Shown: one piece after another, positions 29,241-38,609 of the stretch
Layout: each line of letters opens with the position of its first letter
Position numbering within the stretch: the first letter of the stretch is position 1
Assembly: GCA_964372855.1 (NCBI GenBank)
Contig: CAYJRY010000001.1
Coordinates: 18,794-82,793 of the forward strand
Direction: 5' to 3'
From: an uncultured Gammaproteobacteria bacterium
GTDB taxonomy: Bacteria > Patescibacteriota > Microgenomatia > Levybacterales > UBA12049
DNA: 64,000 nt
The notes under the pieces: model-generated
The model's database searches: none
What the model saw: the letters and a program-made list of their open reading frames with translations, nothing else
What the model was told of the DNA's origin: nothing
Made by a program: the position numbers and the translations under genes

Positions 29241-29352
29241 TGCACCTTTTAAAACCCCGCAACTTGATGCGTGGGTTAGCATCGTTATTTTTTCGCGTGA
29301 GTCAATCCCGCACCTATTCGGTGCGGGATCAATATTCCACGAAAAAAAGGTG
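29241..29352. repeat. GC-rich palindromic element: a perfect 10-bp stem hairpin (ATCCCGCACC-tattc-GGTGCGGGAT, 29305-29329) nested inside outer inverted repeats (TGCACCTTTT / AAAAGGTGC)
   Basis: This is read directly from the sequence. It is the most GC-rich stretch in an AT-rich window. It overlaps the last 15 codons of the 29285-31018 CDS and lies about 75 nt upstream of the 28101-29165 start. It is a candidate terminator or structured RNA. Confidence 0.4.
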
Positions 29353-31018
29353 CTGGATTTATTTTGTATAAGAAGACGATAAGGATGCCTAAGGAAAATA
29401 AAGTGATATAAGTACTTACCTTCCTTACAAATGTGTCATTGAATTTAATCTCAACTAAATTTAGTCCTTTTTGTATTTTGAAGGTAAAAAGTCCATTTTT
29501 GGTTGCTTGAGCTTTTGTTTCTTTGTTATTCACATATACTACCCAATTAGGAAAATAGGCTGTGTTTACTTGCATCAATGATTGCTCAGCTGCTTCTACT
29601 TCAAACCTATAATAAGTACTCTTGATTGTATGGCTTTTTATTTTGCCCTCTCCTTTTAAAAACTCAATTTTTGAGTTTTGACTTTTAAGTTTGGTATCAA
29701 AAATAACAGTGTTAAAAACATTTCCAGGACTATTGGTTCCGTGAATAAAGTTAGATCGGCTAATGTAATAATTATCATCTCTATAATGATAATAAGCTGG
29801 GTTTGTATATCCTATCCCAAAAAAGAAAGAAGTCAAAATCAATACTATCCCCAACAACTTACTTTTCCAAAAATAAATAACTCCTCCGCTTAAAAACGAA
29901 GAAATAAGTATCTCAAGACTTAAAAATCTCCAAGGAAATTGAAAATAGTTCATAAAAATAACTGACTGCCAGATTGGTGCAGAACTCTTAAGCATCAGAA
30001 ATAAAATAAAGAAAAACCAAGCCAAAAAAAAGATAAGTATGCCCATCTGTTTCATCCCAAGCGACCCCAAGAATATATGCAGCCTCAAGTCAGCGAGATT
30101 GGTTCTCCCGATTTTCACAATGACTAACATTAAACACATAATTACCACTAATAAATTTGCTATCCCTATCTGGAATGACATTTGATTTGAAATATTTTCT
30201 CCAGAAAACCCAGAACCCCAAGAAGGAATAATAAGTTGATAAAAATCTGGAAAATGCCTTGAAACATCAAATATTTCAAGACCTCTTACGTAATCTCTCT
30301 CCAGTATCGCAGGCAACCAAAAAACAGTTGACAAACCAAGACCTAAAAGTATTAAGTATAAAGCATTAAGTATTAGGTATTTTTTATTTTGTTCTTTACT
30401 AATCAGGTATACAACATATGATAGGGCAAAAATGAAAAACATGAGAGCTAATATGTTGTGGGAGAATATAATTAAGGCCAAAAATATAGATGATAATATA
30501 AAAAAAGAATATTTTCTTTCTCTTATAAAATTAGCTATTGACCATAAAAACGCTGGAAAAAGTGCTAATGACCAAGCTTCCCCTACTGAACCTCTAATAT
30601 AAATATCTAAAAAATGATACGGCGAATATGTATAAAATACTGAAGAAACAATTCCTCCATTTACACCCCAAAAGTTTTTTGTCCACAAATAACAAAATAC
30701 TGCTCCTATAATTAATGATAAAAACATTTCTAATTTAAATATATCTATAAAACTTAAATTAAAAAATCTAAAAAAAGTAGCTATATAATTGGGTAATGGA
30801 TAAACATAATTAAAAAGAGGAACTCCAAATCCATTATTCAAATCGGGTGCCCAACGAGGATATAAATTACCATCCAAAAAAGTTTTGTTGAATTGATAAA
30901 ATCTTACTATATGATATTCTCCATCATGAGTCGGAGGCAAACCTTTGTGAAGTAGTGGTAATCCAGAAACGATAGCGAAAATAATAACAATAATTATCGG
31001 GTAAATATTTTTAACCAT
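29285..31018 (-). CDS. Large polytopic membrane protein, YfhO-like GT-C candidate (paralog group Y)
   Basis: 577 aa. It has more than 10 TM helices plus a C-terminal extracytoplasmic domain. Its first loop THDGEYHIVRF...NLYPRWAPDLNNGFGVPLFNYVYPLPNY is shared with 42550-44205 and, more loosely, with 54407-56923. Confidence 0.45.
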   Translation of the reverse strand: MVKNIYPIIIVIIFAIVSGLPLLHKGLPPTHDGEYHIVRFYQFNKTFLDGNLYPRWAPDLNNGFGVPLFNYVYPLPNYIATFFRFFNLSFIDIFKLEMFLSLIIGAVFCYLWTKNFWGVNGGIVSSVFYTYSPYHFLDIYIRGSVGEAWSLALFPAFLWSIANFIRERKYSFFILSSIFLALIIFSHNILALMFFIFALSYVVYLISKEQNKKYLILNALYLILLGLGLSTVFWLPAILERDYVRGLEIFDVSRHFPDFYQLIIPSWGSGFSGENISNQMSFQIGIANLLVVIMCLMLVIVKIGRTNLADLRLHIFLGSLGMKQMGILIFFLAWFFFILFLMLKSSAPIWQSVIFMNYFQFPWRFLSLEILISSFLSGGVIYFWKSKLLGIVLILTSFFFGIGYTNPAYYHYRDDNYYISRSNFIHGTNSPGNVFNTVIFDTKLKSQNSKIEFLKGEGKIKSHTIKSTYYRFEVEAAEQSLMQVNTAYFPNWVVYVNNKETKAQATKNGLFTFKIQKGLNLVEIKFNDTFVRKVSTYITLFSLGILIVFLYKINPAPFFRGILIPHRIGAGLTHAKK

Positions 31019-32130
31019 AACTTTTCTTTGAAAAGATAGAAAAATACTACTCCAAGTGGAAAAATAAATGTTAATATTGTTTTTATAATAGAAGTCTTAT
31101 CGTCATATATCCCCGTTAGCATGAAAGGTATATATCTAAGAAGTAGTCCAAGACTAAGCGATATGGATATAGCTAATAAAAACTTTCTTTGTGGGATAAG
31201 AAATGAAAATGACAAAAACCATATTGCATACCAAGGATATATTTCCTCTCTAAGTGGAGACATTAGAAATCCAAAAAACATTGCTAATGCCGAATAAAAA
31301 TATACTTTTCCCCAATTAATAGATTCATTCTTCAATTTTTTAAAAAATACATAAACAAAAATAGGCAAAAGAACAATAGTTGCATATTTTATAAAAACTG
31401 ACAATAAAAAAAATAAAACTGATAATTTAATTTTATTTTTCATTAGTAAAATGAAAGATAATAGTGCAAAAAAAATCATTACTATGTCATTATGGCCACT
31501 AACTAAAGTTTCTAAGACTACAAGAGGATTAAATGCAAATAGTCCAATGGATACTAATCTATTTGTCATTTTCCAAATAAGAAAAATGGTGCCAATATAA
31601 AATAAGGAAATAAGTAATTTAAAATTGAAAAGAATAAGTATAAAATTACTAAAACCAAACAAAAATGGAATCCCAGACATTAAAATCCAACTTGGTCCGT
31701 ACAACGCGATTTTATTTGCTGCATGAGTAAAAGAAAGTAAAGGATCTCCAACAAATTCAATCGGCATAATAATATATGGATTTTCCTGATAAAAAAATAA
31801 AACCTTTGAGGTAGCTATATAATTAAAAATATCATATGAAAGCATTGCAGGATATGAAAATAATAATATTAAAGCGGTTATTAAGATAATTAATCCGAAT
31901 TTTTTAGAGCTAAAGTAATTGTTCTTAATATATTTAAGAAATAAAAAATAAAATAAAAAACTTAAAAAAACAGTTAAAATGTAAATTATTGTTGTCTCCA
32001 ATCTATGCTTATATGAGAAACCAGAATAAATATTTTGTAGGTAACTAAAATTAGGATCTATAAATAAATAAGAACAAATAGCCACAAAAATTAGAAAAAC
32101 AAAATAAAAAACAATTAAAAATTTTTTCAC
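30994..32130 (-). CDS. Polytopic membrane protein, DUF2029/GT87-like GT-C candidate
   Basis: 378 aa, all-helical membrane protein. It has an SYDIFNYIATSKVLFFYQENPY loop motif. The C-terminal LGLLLRYIPFMLTG is echoed in the remnant at 38346-38564. Confidence 0.35.
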   Translation of the reverse strand: MKKFLIVFYFVFLIFVAICSYLFIDPNFSYLQNIYSGFSYKHRLETTIIYILTVFLSFLFYFLFLKYIKNNYFSSKKFGLIILITALILLFSYPAMLSYDIFNYIATSKVLFFYQENPYIIMPIEFVGDPLLSFTHAANKIALYGPSWILMSGIPFLFGFSNFILILFNFKLLISLFYIGTIFLIWKMTNRLVSIGLFAFNPLVVLETLVSGHNDIVMIFFALLSFILLMKNKIKLSVLFFLLSVFIKYATIVLLPIFVYVFFKKLKNESINWGKVYFYSALAMFFGFLMSPLREEIYPWYAIWFLSFSFLIPQRKFLLAISISLSLGLLLRYIPFMLTGIYDDKTSIIKTILTFIFPLGVVFFYLFKEKLWLKIFTR

Positions 32131-32645
32131 AATACTCTTTTTCTAATATTAATAGCACTATCAATTGATTTAGCTAAATCAAGAAATATGGATGAGCTTT
32201 TCTCGGGTTCCCAATTAAATGTTTTTGGAATTTCTTCTAAACTTCTAAGAACTTCTCTGTGTTTTATCTCCGCTTCTTTAAGAAATAATTTATTATGGGA
32301 AATATCTTTTTTTTGATCGGCCTTTATATAATGTATAGTTTTAAGAAAATAAGAATCTGATTTTTTAAGAGCACTGATTCCAAGCAAATACTGTCTGTAT
32401 TCAAAGAGAGTTTTTGCCTCAACTAAATATTTATCTGAGTACTTCAGATTATATTTAAACTGCCCTAAATCACCAAAATACCAAAACTTGGATATTTTTT
32501 CCCAAATAAGTTTTATTGTATATAACTTACTTCCTGGCATACCTGATGGATACGGAAGCACGTAGTTTGATTCTGCAAGGCTGATGTTACTGAAAAATAT
32601 TAAGAGGAACAATGTGGGCATCAGTACCCAAAAACATCTTATCAT
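32127..32645 (-). CDS. Secreted/signal-peptide protein of unknown function (paralog S1)
   Basis: The likely true start is the internal Met (MIRCFWVLMPTLFLLIFFSNISLA), which makes an ATGA overlap with the upstream stop. The mature region YVLPYPSGMPGSKLY...FGDLGQFKYNL...YLVEAKTLFEYRQYLLG...HREVL is about 55% identical to 38610-39125. Confidence 0.45.
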   Translation of the reverse strand: MIRCFWVLMPTLFLLIFFSNISLAESNYVLPYPSGMPGSKLYTIKLIWEKISKFWYFGDLGQFKYNLKYSDKYLVEAKTLFEYRQYLLGISALKKSDSYFLKTIHYIKADQKKDISHNKLFLKEAEIKHREVLRSLEEIPKTFNWEPEKSSSIFLDLAKSIDSAINIRKRVL

Positions 32646-33640
32646 TTTGAATTTTGAATTTTGAATTTTGAATTTTTTGTGTGCCATTCAAATGCAGTTG
32701 CAACAATAGTTTCAAGATCAGAATATCGAGGTTCAAATCCAATCTCCTTCTGAATCTTTTTTGCGTCAGCTATTAGAGCTTCTGCGTCACCACTTCTCCT
32801 ACTTTTTACTTTAACCTTTAGCGTTTTTCCTGAAACTTTTTCGACCATTTCTATTACTTCTTTATTCGAATAACCTATTCCTGTCCCAATATTATAATAA
32901 AATCCCCCCTTATCTCGATTAATTTTATCAAGAGCCAAAATATGGCCCTCAATAAGATCTATGACATGTATATAATCTCTTATGCAAGACCCATCGTAAG
33001 TATTATAATTAGATCCATATAAATTAAATTCAGTGTCATTTATAGCTGCATCTATTGCCAATGGAATAATATGTGTTTCAGGATTATGCAATTCTCCTAA
33101 TTTACCATCGAAAGAAGCCCCTCCCGCATTAAAATATCTTAGACTTACGAAACTTAGCCCTACATTATTTTGAAAATAACTTAACATTTTCTCAACTTCA
33201 AGCTTGTTTTCTCCATAAGGACTAGTTGGATTTTTCGGGTGATCCTCAGGAATTGGTATTTTAATAGGATTACCGTAAACCGCGGCTGATGATGAAAAAA
33301 TTAGTTTATCTATATTTCCTTTTCCAATCATTGTTTCGACAAGATTTTTTGTTCCTGTTACGTTATTCTCATAATATTTCTGCGGATCTTTTGTTGATTC
33401 TTCAACGGAAATGTAACCAGCAAAATGCATTACAGCATCAATTATTTCATCTTGAAATAAATTCTCAAGAGTTGCTTCATCTTTAATATCGCCACTTACA
33501 AATTTTGCCCTGTCGTCAATAGCTTTTTTATATCCTCTCTCCAAACTGTCAAAAACAACAACCTTATTATCTAGATCAAGAAGTCGCTTAGTCATAAAAC
33601 TTCCAATATATCCTGCTCCTCCTGTAACAAGTATTTTCAT
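32642..33640 (-). CDS. UDP-glucose 4-epimerase-like (GalE-family) extended SDR
   Basis: The true start is probably MKILVTGGAGYIGSF. The ORF-track start at 33715 adds 25 atypical residues. It has SSSAAVYG...YGENK catalytic motifs. The C-terminal tail is encoded by the 7-bp repeat. Confidence 0.7.
   Translation of the reverse strand: MKILVTGGAGYIGSFMTKRLLDLDNKVVVFDSLERGYKKAIDDRAKFVSGDIKDEATLENLFQDEIIDAVMHFAGYISVEESTKDPQKYYENNVTGTKNLVETMIGKGNIDKLIFSSSAAVYGNPIKIPIPEDHPKNPTSPYGENKLEVEKMLSYFQNNVGLSFVSLRYFNAGGASFDGKLGELHNPETHIIPLAIDAAINDTEFNLYGSNYNTYDGSCIRDYIHVIDLIEGHILALDKINRDKGGFYYNIGTGIGYSNKEVIEMVEKVSGKTLKVKVKSRRSGDAEALIADAKKIQKEIGFEPRYSDLETIVATAFEWHTKNSKFKIQNSK
32645..32672. repeat. Perfect heptanucleotide tandem repeat (TTTTGAA)x4, followed by a T6 tract
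   Basis: Read directly: ttttgaa ttttgaa ttttgaa ttttgaa tttttt. It lies in the last codons of the GalE-like gene (encoding ...KNSKFKIQNSK*) and immediately abuts the coupled start of the secreted-protein gene. Confidence 0.8.
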
Positions 33641-33665
33641 ATAAAAAATTCCCACATAATCGTAT

Positions 33666-33965
33666 CTATACCGATCCCGAATCGTTATAACTATGACACA
33701 ATCCAAAATCTTCATATAAAGATGGCATTATAGATAGTGTTAGAAAAAGTGGTTCAAGATATGGATAATATACTATATCAATATTTTTGGGTAATTTTAC
33801 TCCTCGAGTAATAAAAATGTTCTTATTATTTGGAAAATAATTTAATAGAGAGCTTTTTAAGTTTTCTATGTAAAACCCTGTTCCCCTTACCCTTTGCTGG
33901 ATGTCTGTTGTATTATTTATAGGAGAAATATCCATTGCAATATTCATTTCCTTATTATACAACAA
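33666..33965 (-). pseudogene. Remnant of a GT4 glycosyltransferase with an internal deletion
   Basis: The 99-aa ORF joins an N-terminal segment homologous to 28101-29165 (MNIAMDISP...VRGTGFYIENLK...DIVYYPYLEPLFLTL) directly to the C-terminal MPSLYEDFGL motif. About 250 aa of GT4 core are missing. Confidence 0.55.
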
Positions 33966-34113
33966 CTCTTGTATTGTTGCTTTATTCTATAAACAACTGC
34001 CCCCAAAGGAATTTAGATCTAAAATTCAAAACACTTCAGAAAGTAATTTCTGAGCATACAATAAAACCGAAGAGATGGAGATTATTTCTAGAAGACAGGT
34101 TTTAATTAAAGAT

Positions 34114-35244
34114 TCACTTATGCTTTAAGTTAAATGCACTTAGACCAAGAAGAGGAATAAGAAAGGTAAAATACGCGTGAGTTGTCCATTGGCTTAGTAC
34201 TAGATAAATAAACATAATTACTCCTGAGGCTACAAAAACTTTATTAAATGAATCAAATCTAAAATATCGAAATAAAAAAAATACTGTAGCAAGACTACCT
34301 ATGGTTCTAACTCCCCACATTTGCTCTGTTGAAAAAGTAATATGTAACGTGTCTTTTAGAAAAACCCATATATTCCATCCCCATATTGTATGCCAGTTTG
34401 TCAATTCTATAAAAGAAATACTACGAAAAAATCCTTGAGGCGCAAATAAAATAAAAGGTCCTGAAACAATAATAATGGTCAATAAAAAATGAAAAATGTA
34501 GCGCTTGTTTGAAATTGGCAAAAGGTTTTTATTCTGGTAAATGTATGGAATAAAAAATAGCAGGTAAAAAAATACGTGGTGCTTGAAAGATGCTGCAAAC
34601 CCTAAGATTATTGCGCTTAGAATAGCATAAAAACGGCTTTTATTATTAACCGAGTAAATAAATAGTATTATTGATAAAAGTAAAATAAATATTGTACTAT
34701 TATCATTACTTCCATCAGCTGATAAATCGATTAAAAATGGCGTTAAAGACACAACAGCAAACAAAGGTAATATTTTCATAGTTTTTAAAATCCTTCCGTA
34801 GATAAGTATCAAAACTGGCACAAAAGATGAAACAAGCATCTCAAAAAAACGCAAATCAATATTTAAAATATATGCGGGTAAATACCAAAAGAGGCTAAAT
34901 GGCAAATAGGTAAAAGGGGTTAATCCACTTTGTGCCATAATCATTTCCTTATAGACATTTTTTCCATTAACGAAATAACCAATATAATCACGAACTGCCA
35001 TCAGAGCATCGGATCCATATGTGGAGGTATGATATTGAATTATTCTACCTAAAGTGCCAAAAATTAATAGATATAATATGAGAGGGTAAAAAGATTTCTT
35101 AAAATGGAACAGTAGAATAAAAAGCGGCATTAAGGCAAGAGCTACAATAAAAAGCCAGTCAGCGCTATTGTGCACAATTAAAACAAAGCTGACAATAATT
35201 GTTGTCCAAAAAATCCACTCTTTATCGTTTTGATTTCTTCCCAT
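34114..35244 (-). CDS. Polytopic membrane protein, DUF2029/GT87-like GT-C candidate
   Basis: 376 aa, about 10 TM. The GSDALMAVRDYIGYFVNGKNVY loop resembles that of 30994-32130. Confidence 0.35.
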   Translation of the reverse strand: MGRNQNDKEWIFWTTIIVSFVLIVHNSADWLFIVALALMPLFILLFHFKKSFYPLILYLLIFGTLGRIIQYHTSTYGSDALMAVRDYIGYFVNGKNVYKEMIMAQSGLTPFTYLPFSLFWYLPAYILNIDLRFFEMLVSSFVPVLILIYGRILKTMKILPLFAVVSLTPFLIDLSADGSNDNSTIFILLLSIILFIYSVNNKSRFYAILSAIILGFAASFKHHVFFYLLFFIPYIYQNKNLLPISNKRYIFHFLLTIIIVSGPFILFAPQGFFRSISFIELTNWHTIWGWNIWVFLKDTLHITFSTEQMWGVRTIGSLATVFFLFRYFRFDSFNKVFVASGVIMFIYLVLSQWTTHAYFTFLIPLLGLSAFNLKHK

Positions 35245-35512
35245 ATTTTTTGATCAACAGACTATATTATAACATCGTATACTGTAAAACACTATGAAAT
35301 AAAGTGTTGCTTGAGATACAAATTTGGCCTTTGTTGTTATCGAAGTATCTTTAAACTTTACCTCGATTTGATGTTTGTCTGGAGTCTCGTTAAATTAAAT
35401 TATCTTATCAGAATCTGATCCTGCTGTTAATTTTTTTGATCAATAAATACGTTCCATCCAGGAATATAAGCGATATTAACTATTATATTTGATTTCGAAA
35501 AAAACAGAAACT

Positions 35513-36760
35513 TTACATAAGTGCTTGTATTCCAAGTATGTGTAAAAATATTGCCATTGCTATACCTAGAAGGTAAAAAGGGTTGATTTTTCCTTTTATC
35601 CCAAGAATAGAAAGCAATAGAAGTAATACTGTAATATCAAGGGAATACCTGTAACCAAACTGCATCCAACCAGTGCTGTAAATCATAAGAGATGGCAACA
35701 TTACAATAATTGCCGTTAACCAAAGTGAAAAAAGATAAGGATTGACAGTAAATTTTTTCTTAATTTTTGTAATGGGTATTGCTAAATATGCCGTAAGAAA
35801 TGGGAGTGTTAAAATAAAAATAGAATTACCATTTAAGTTGAAATCAAGTGAAAATTTTCCATTAATAAAACGAAGCTGTGGAGATTCAAAAAGCATATAC
35901 CAAAGGTTATTAGGGATATGAAAAATAGATACAGCCCCTTTTGCTTGCCTTATTTCCGCAAGATACGGTGACTCTTGAATGTAAGTATAACCGTATTCAA
36001 AGACGGTTCCAAATCGAAAGTAGTTATAAAGGAAAAAAAGTATGCTAAAAAATCCAAGGGGTAGACCAAAAATAACAATTGCCTTTAAAAATGCATATGC
36101 CTTTTTTTTAACTGATCCTTTCGATACAATAAAATGTTCCCACAGATATAAGAATCCAGGAAGGAGAACGAAAAAAACAATTGTTGGCCTACCAATTAGA
36201 GCAACACTAAAAACAAGCGTGCTGAAGAAATAATCCCATATTGATCTATGCTTTTTAAAAACGATATATGTTCCAAACACGCCCAAAAATGTTGTTACCA
36301 TTTGATCAACATGCCAAGAACTTCCCAGCGTCCCTACATAAAAGTGTGTTGTCCCAAAAGTAAAAAGTATTATGAATAAGAAAATGTTTCTCTGAGTAAG
36401 AAGAGGAAGAAATTCTTTTTTAACTCGCTGTAACAACAGATAGACAATAACTACATTGAGACTTGCAAAAAATATGGTAAGGTATATTGTAGGAACAAAC
36501 CTTTGTTTTATAAGCTGCAAGGGAATTAAAAAAATTGCCGAAAGCACTCCCCACGGGGCATACCACTTATCTTTATACTCAATAAGATCATAGGTATCTA
36601 TAGGATTTTGTATATCAAGACGAAGTTGCAAAATGGATTTTGCCAGTGGATTAAAATGATCATGGGCCCATTTTGGCTTAAATGAATACTGCGTTGAAAC
36701 TGCAAAATAAACAATAAATGTAACAAAAAAAATACCCAAACAATAGAAAAACTTTTTCAT
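35513..36760 (-). CDS. Polytopic membrane protein, uncharacterised GT-C-like/polymerase-like
   Basis: 415 aa. It has more than 10 hydrophobic helices. No catalytic motif was recognised. Confidence 0.3.
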   Translation of the reverse strand: MKKFFYCLGIFFVTFIVYFAVSTQYSFKPKWAHDHFNPLAKSILQLRLDIQNPIDTYDLIEYKDKWYAPWGVLSAIFLIPLQLIKQRFVPTIYLTIFFASLNVVIVYLLLQRVKKEFLPLLTQRNIFLFIILFTFGTTHFYVGTLGSSWHVDQMVTTFLGVFGTYIVFKKHRSIWDYFFSTLVFSVALIGRPTIVFFVLLPGFLYLWEHFIVSKGSVKKKAYAFLKAIVIFGLPLGFFSILFFLYNYFRFGTVFEYGYTYIQESPYLAEIRQAKGAVSIFHIPNNLWYMLFESPQLRFINGKFSLDFNLNGNSIFILTLPFLTAYLAIPITKIKKKFTVNPYLFSLWLTAIIVMLPSLMIYSTGWMQFGYRYSLDITVLLLLLSILGIKGKINPFYLLGIAMAIFLHILGIQALM

Positions 36761-36763
36761 ATC

Positions 36764-38380
36764 TTAGAGCTTATAGACTATAACATCATCGTCCCAATAG
36801 ACTCTCTGTAAACTTTTATCTAAATAATCTTTTTTAATATTGTAATGAAAATCTACAACTGATTTCTTTGGTACCACAATATAGGAAATTGATTCTTTTC
36901 TTATCTGCGCCAACGTTTCTTCGGAATCAGCCTCAAAGTACAGTTTTGCTTGGCTTAATCTTTCTGTATAATTATAACCCATTACTGACAAGTAATAATT
37001 GTGACCGAGATAATTTTTTCTTCCAGACAATGTTACTGGATCAAGAATCTCTTGTCTTGAAAGAAATATATCTTTCTTTTGAGTATTTATTTTAATCCAA
37101 TGCATGAACTCATTTTTTGGTGCATCATGTAGATAAAATTGAAAATCATTTTTAATAGCCATTATATTTATAACACCTGAAATTGTTAATAAAAAAAATA
37201 ATATTCCGCATAGAAGTTTTCTAAAATAATTTCCTGCAAATATTTTTACTAAAAAATAACCAATATAAAAATTTGTAAAAATAAAAAAGAAATTAAATAA
37301 TGAATGATTATGATCAATTCGAAAACTTAACTGAAAAATATTTCCAATAATAAAAAGTGGTAATACGCTTAGAAAAACAAGTTTTTGTTTTCTGTCAGCA
37401 ATGAAGTATCCTAAAGGTATAAGAAAAAAAGCAATTCCTAAATTTACAAACCAAAATTCAACAAAATGTTCGATCGTGAATGGTTTTTCAGAAAGGAATC
37501 CTGGATTAAAAACTGAATGATTTACATCTTGATGTAAGATATCTTTTGCATGAAAACTAAATATCAGTAATGTAGGTATAAAGAAGGGCAGTATAAAACG
37601 AAATCGTTTGAAGAAAATAAAAAGAAGAAATATAGCAAGTGCAGTAGAAAAAAATGTTAATGTGTGAAAACGAGAAAGCACTCCTAAAACAATTCCAAGT
37701 AACATAAGAATTTTGTAAGTTATTTCTTTTCCATTCATAATTTTTGGTAAGAGAATAAATAAAAGGGTTAGGCTTATTGCAAGAGCTGCAATAAAATGTC
37801 TTTGATTAAGATAGATATTCAAAGTAAAAAAGATTGATATTAAAGATCCATCAAAAGGCCCCTTATGGATATAATCAGGCAGATACCAAAAATCTTTAAT
37901 TAAAGATAAAGAAAATCCTTTTTCTTTAAAAAAGTCAACAAACGTTAGACTGTTATTGAACAAAAAAAGAAGAACAGATACAATGCCAAGAATTATGTTT
38001 TTTGAGAATATGACCTGTGGAAGTTTATAGATCAAAAATAACAATGCCGTAAAAAATATTACACTTAATCCATTAAAAGCAAAATCAATTCTCAATCCAA
38101 TTTTTTCCAATATTCCTACAAGAAAATCGAAATAATAATGATAAGGAAATGGTTTTCCTGGAAAAAATGGTGATTCAGGCGGTATATTGTTGCCCAAAGA
38201 AATTGACCTTATTAACGATAAATGTAATCCAAAATCTCCTATTTGATGTCTGGCAATTCTAATACTACTTTGTTGACTGTCATAACCAAATGATTTAAAC
38301 ATAAACCACATGGAAAAAATAAAAAAAGTAATAAGAAGAAAAATATCAAATTTTCTTTTTAATATAATTGTATAGTCCAT
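36764..38380 (-). CDS. Polytopic membrane protein, YfhO-like GT-C candidate (paralog group Y, divergent)
   Basis: 538 aa. The first loop HQIGDFGLHLSLIRSISLGNNIPPESPFFPGKPFPYHYY parallels the H..G..H...GN.YP...P...G.P...Y pattern of group Y. It has a C-terminal soluble domain. Confidence 0.35.
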   Translation of the reverse strand: MDYTIILKRKFDIFLLITFFIFSMWFMFKSFGYDSQQSSIRIARHQIGDFGLHLSLIRSISLGNNIPPESPFFPGKPFPYHYYFDFLVGILEKIGLRIDFAFNGLSVIFFTALLFLIYKLPQVIFSKNIILGIVSVLLFLFNNSLTFVDFFKEKGFSLSLIKDFWYLPDYIHKGPFDGSLISIFFTLNIYLNQRHFIAALAISLTLLFILLPKIMNGKEITYKILMLLGIVLGVLSRFHTLTFFSTALAIFLLFIFFKRFRFILPFFIPTLLIFSFHAKDILHQDVNHSVFNPGFLSEKPFTIEHFVEFWFVNLGIAFFLIPLGYFIADRKQKLVFLSVLPLFIIGNIFQLSFRIDHNHSLFNFFFIFTNFYIGYFLVKIFAGNYFRKLLCGILFFLLTISGVINIMAIKNDFQFYLHDAPKNEFMHWIKINTQKKDIFLSRQEILDPVTLSGRKNYLGHNYYLSVMGYNYTERLSQAKLYFEADSEETLAQIRKESISYIVVPKKSVVDFHYNIKKDYLDKSLQRVYWDDDVIVYKL

Positions 38381-38564
38381 AGAAATCTGGCGGAGAAAAA
38401 GAAAAAAGCTCTTTTAATTTTTGAACTGGCAAATGATAATTACCAGCTAGTATGTGCGGTATATATTGAAGAAGTAATCCAAATGAAAAAGTAAAACCTA
38501 TCTTTAATAGATATTTTTTTGCGTCACAAGTACAATAAAGCTTAGAAACCATATTGCATGCCAA
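38346..38564 (-). pseudogene. C-terminal remnant of a paralog of the 30994-32130 membrane protein
   Basis: The 72-aa ORF ...KYLLKIGFTFSFGLLLQYIPHILAGNYHLP aligns with the tail of 30994-32130 (RKFLLAISISLSLGLLLRYIPFMLTGIYDDK). It occupies the same position relative to a secreted-protein paralog. Confidence 0.45.
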
Positions 38565-38609
38565 AAATATATTTCTTCTCTTATTGAAGCAAGAAGAAAA
38601 TAGATTTTT

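Noticed and set aside
29301-29330. Palindromic GC-rich unit resembling a CRISPR repeat
   Set aside because: Only one copy was seen, with no repeat-spacer periodicity and no cas genes in the window. It is reported instead as a structured element.
35513-36760. Possible Wzy-type O-antigen polymerase or WaaL ligase among the unclassified polytopic proteins
   Set aside because: This cannot be distinguished from GT-C transferases by eye. No Wzz or initiating phosphoglycosyltransferase is nearby to support a Wzy pathway. It is left as an uncharacterised membrane protein.
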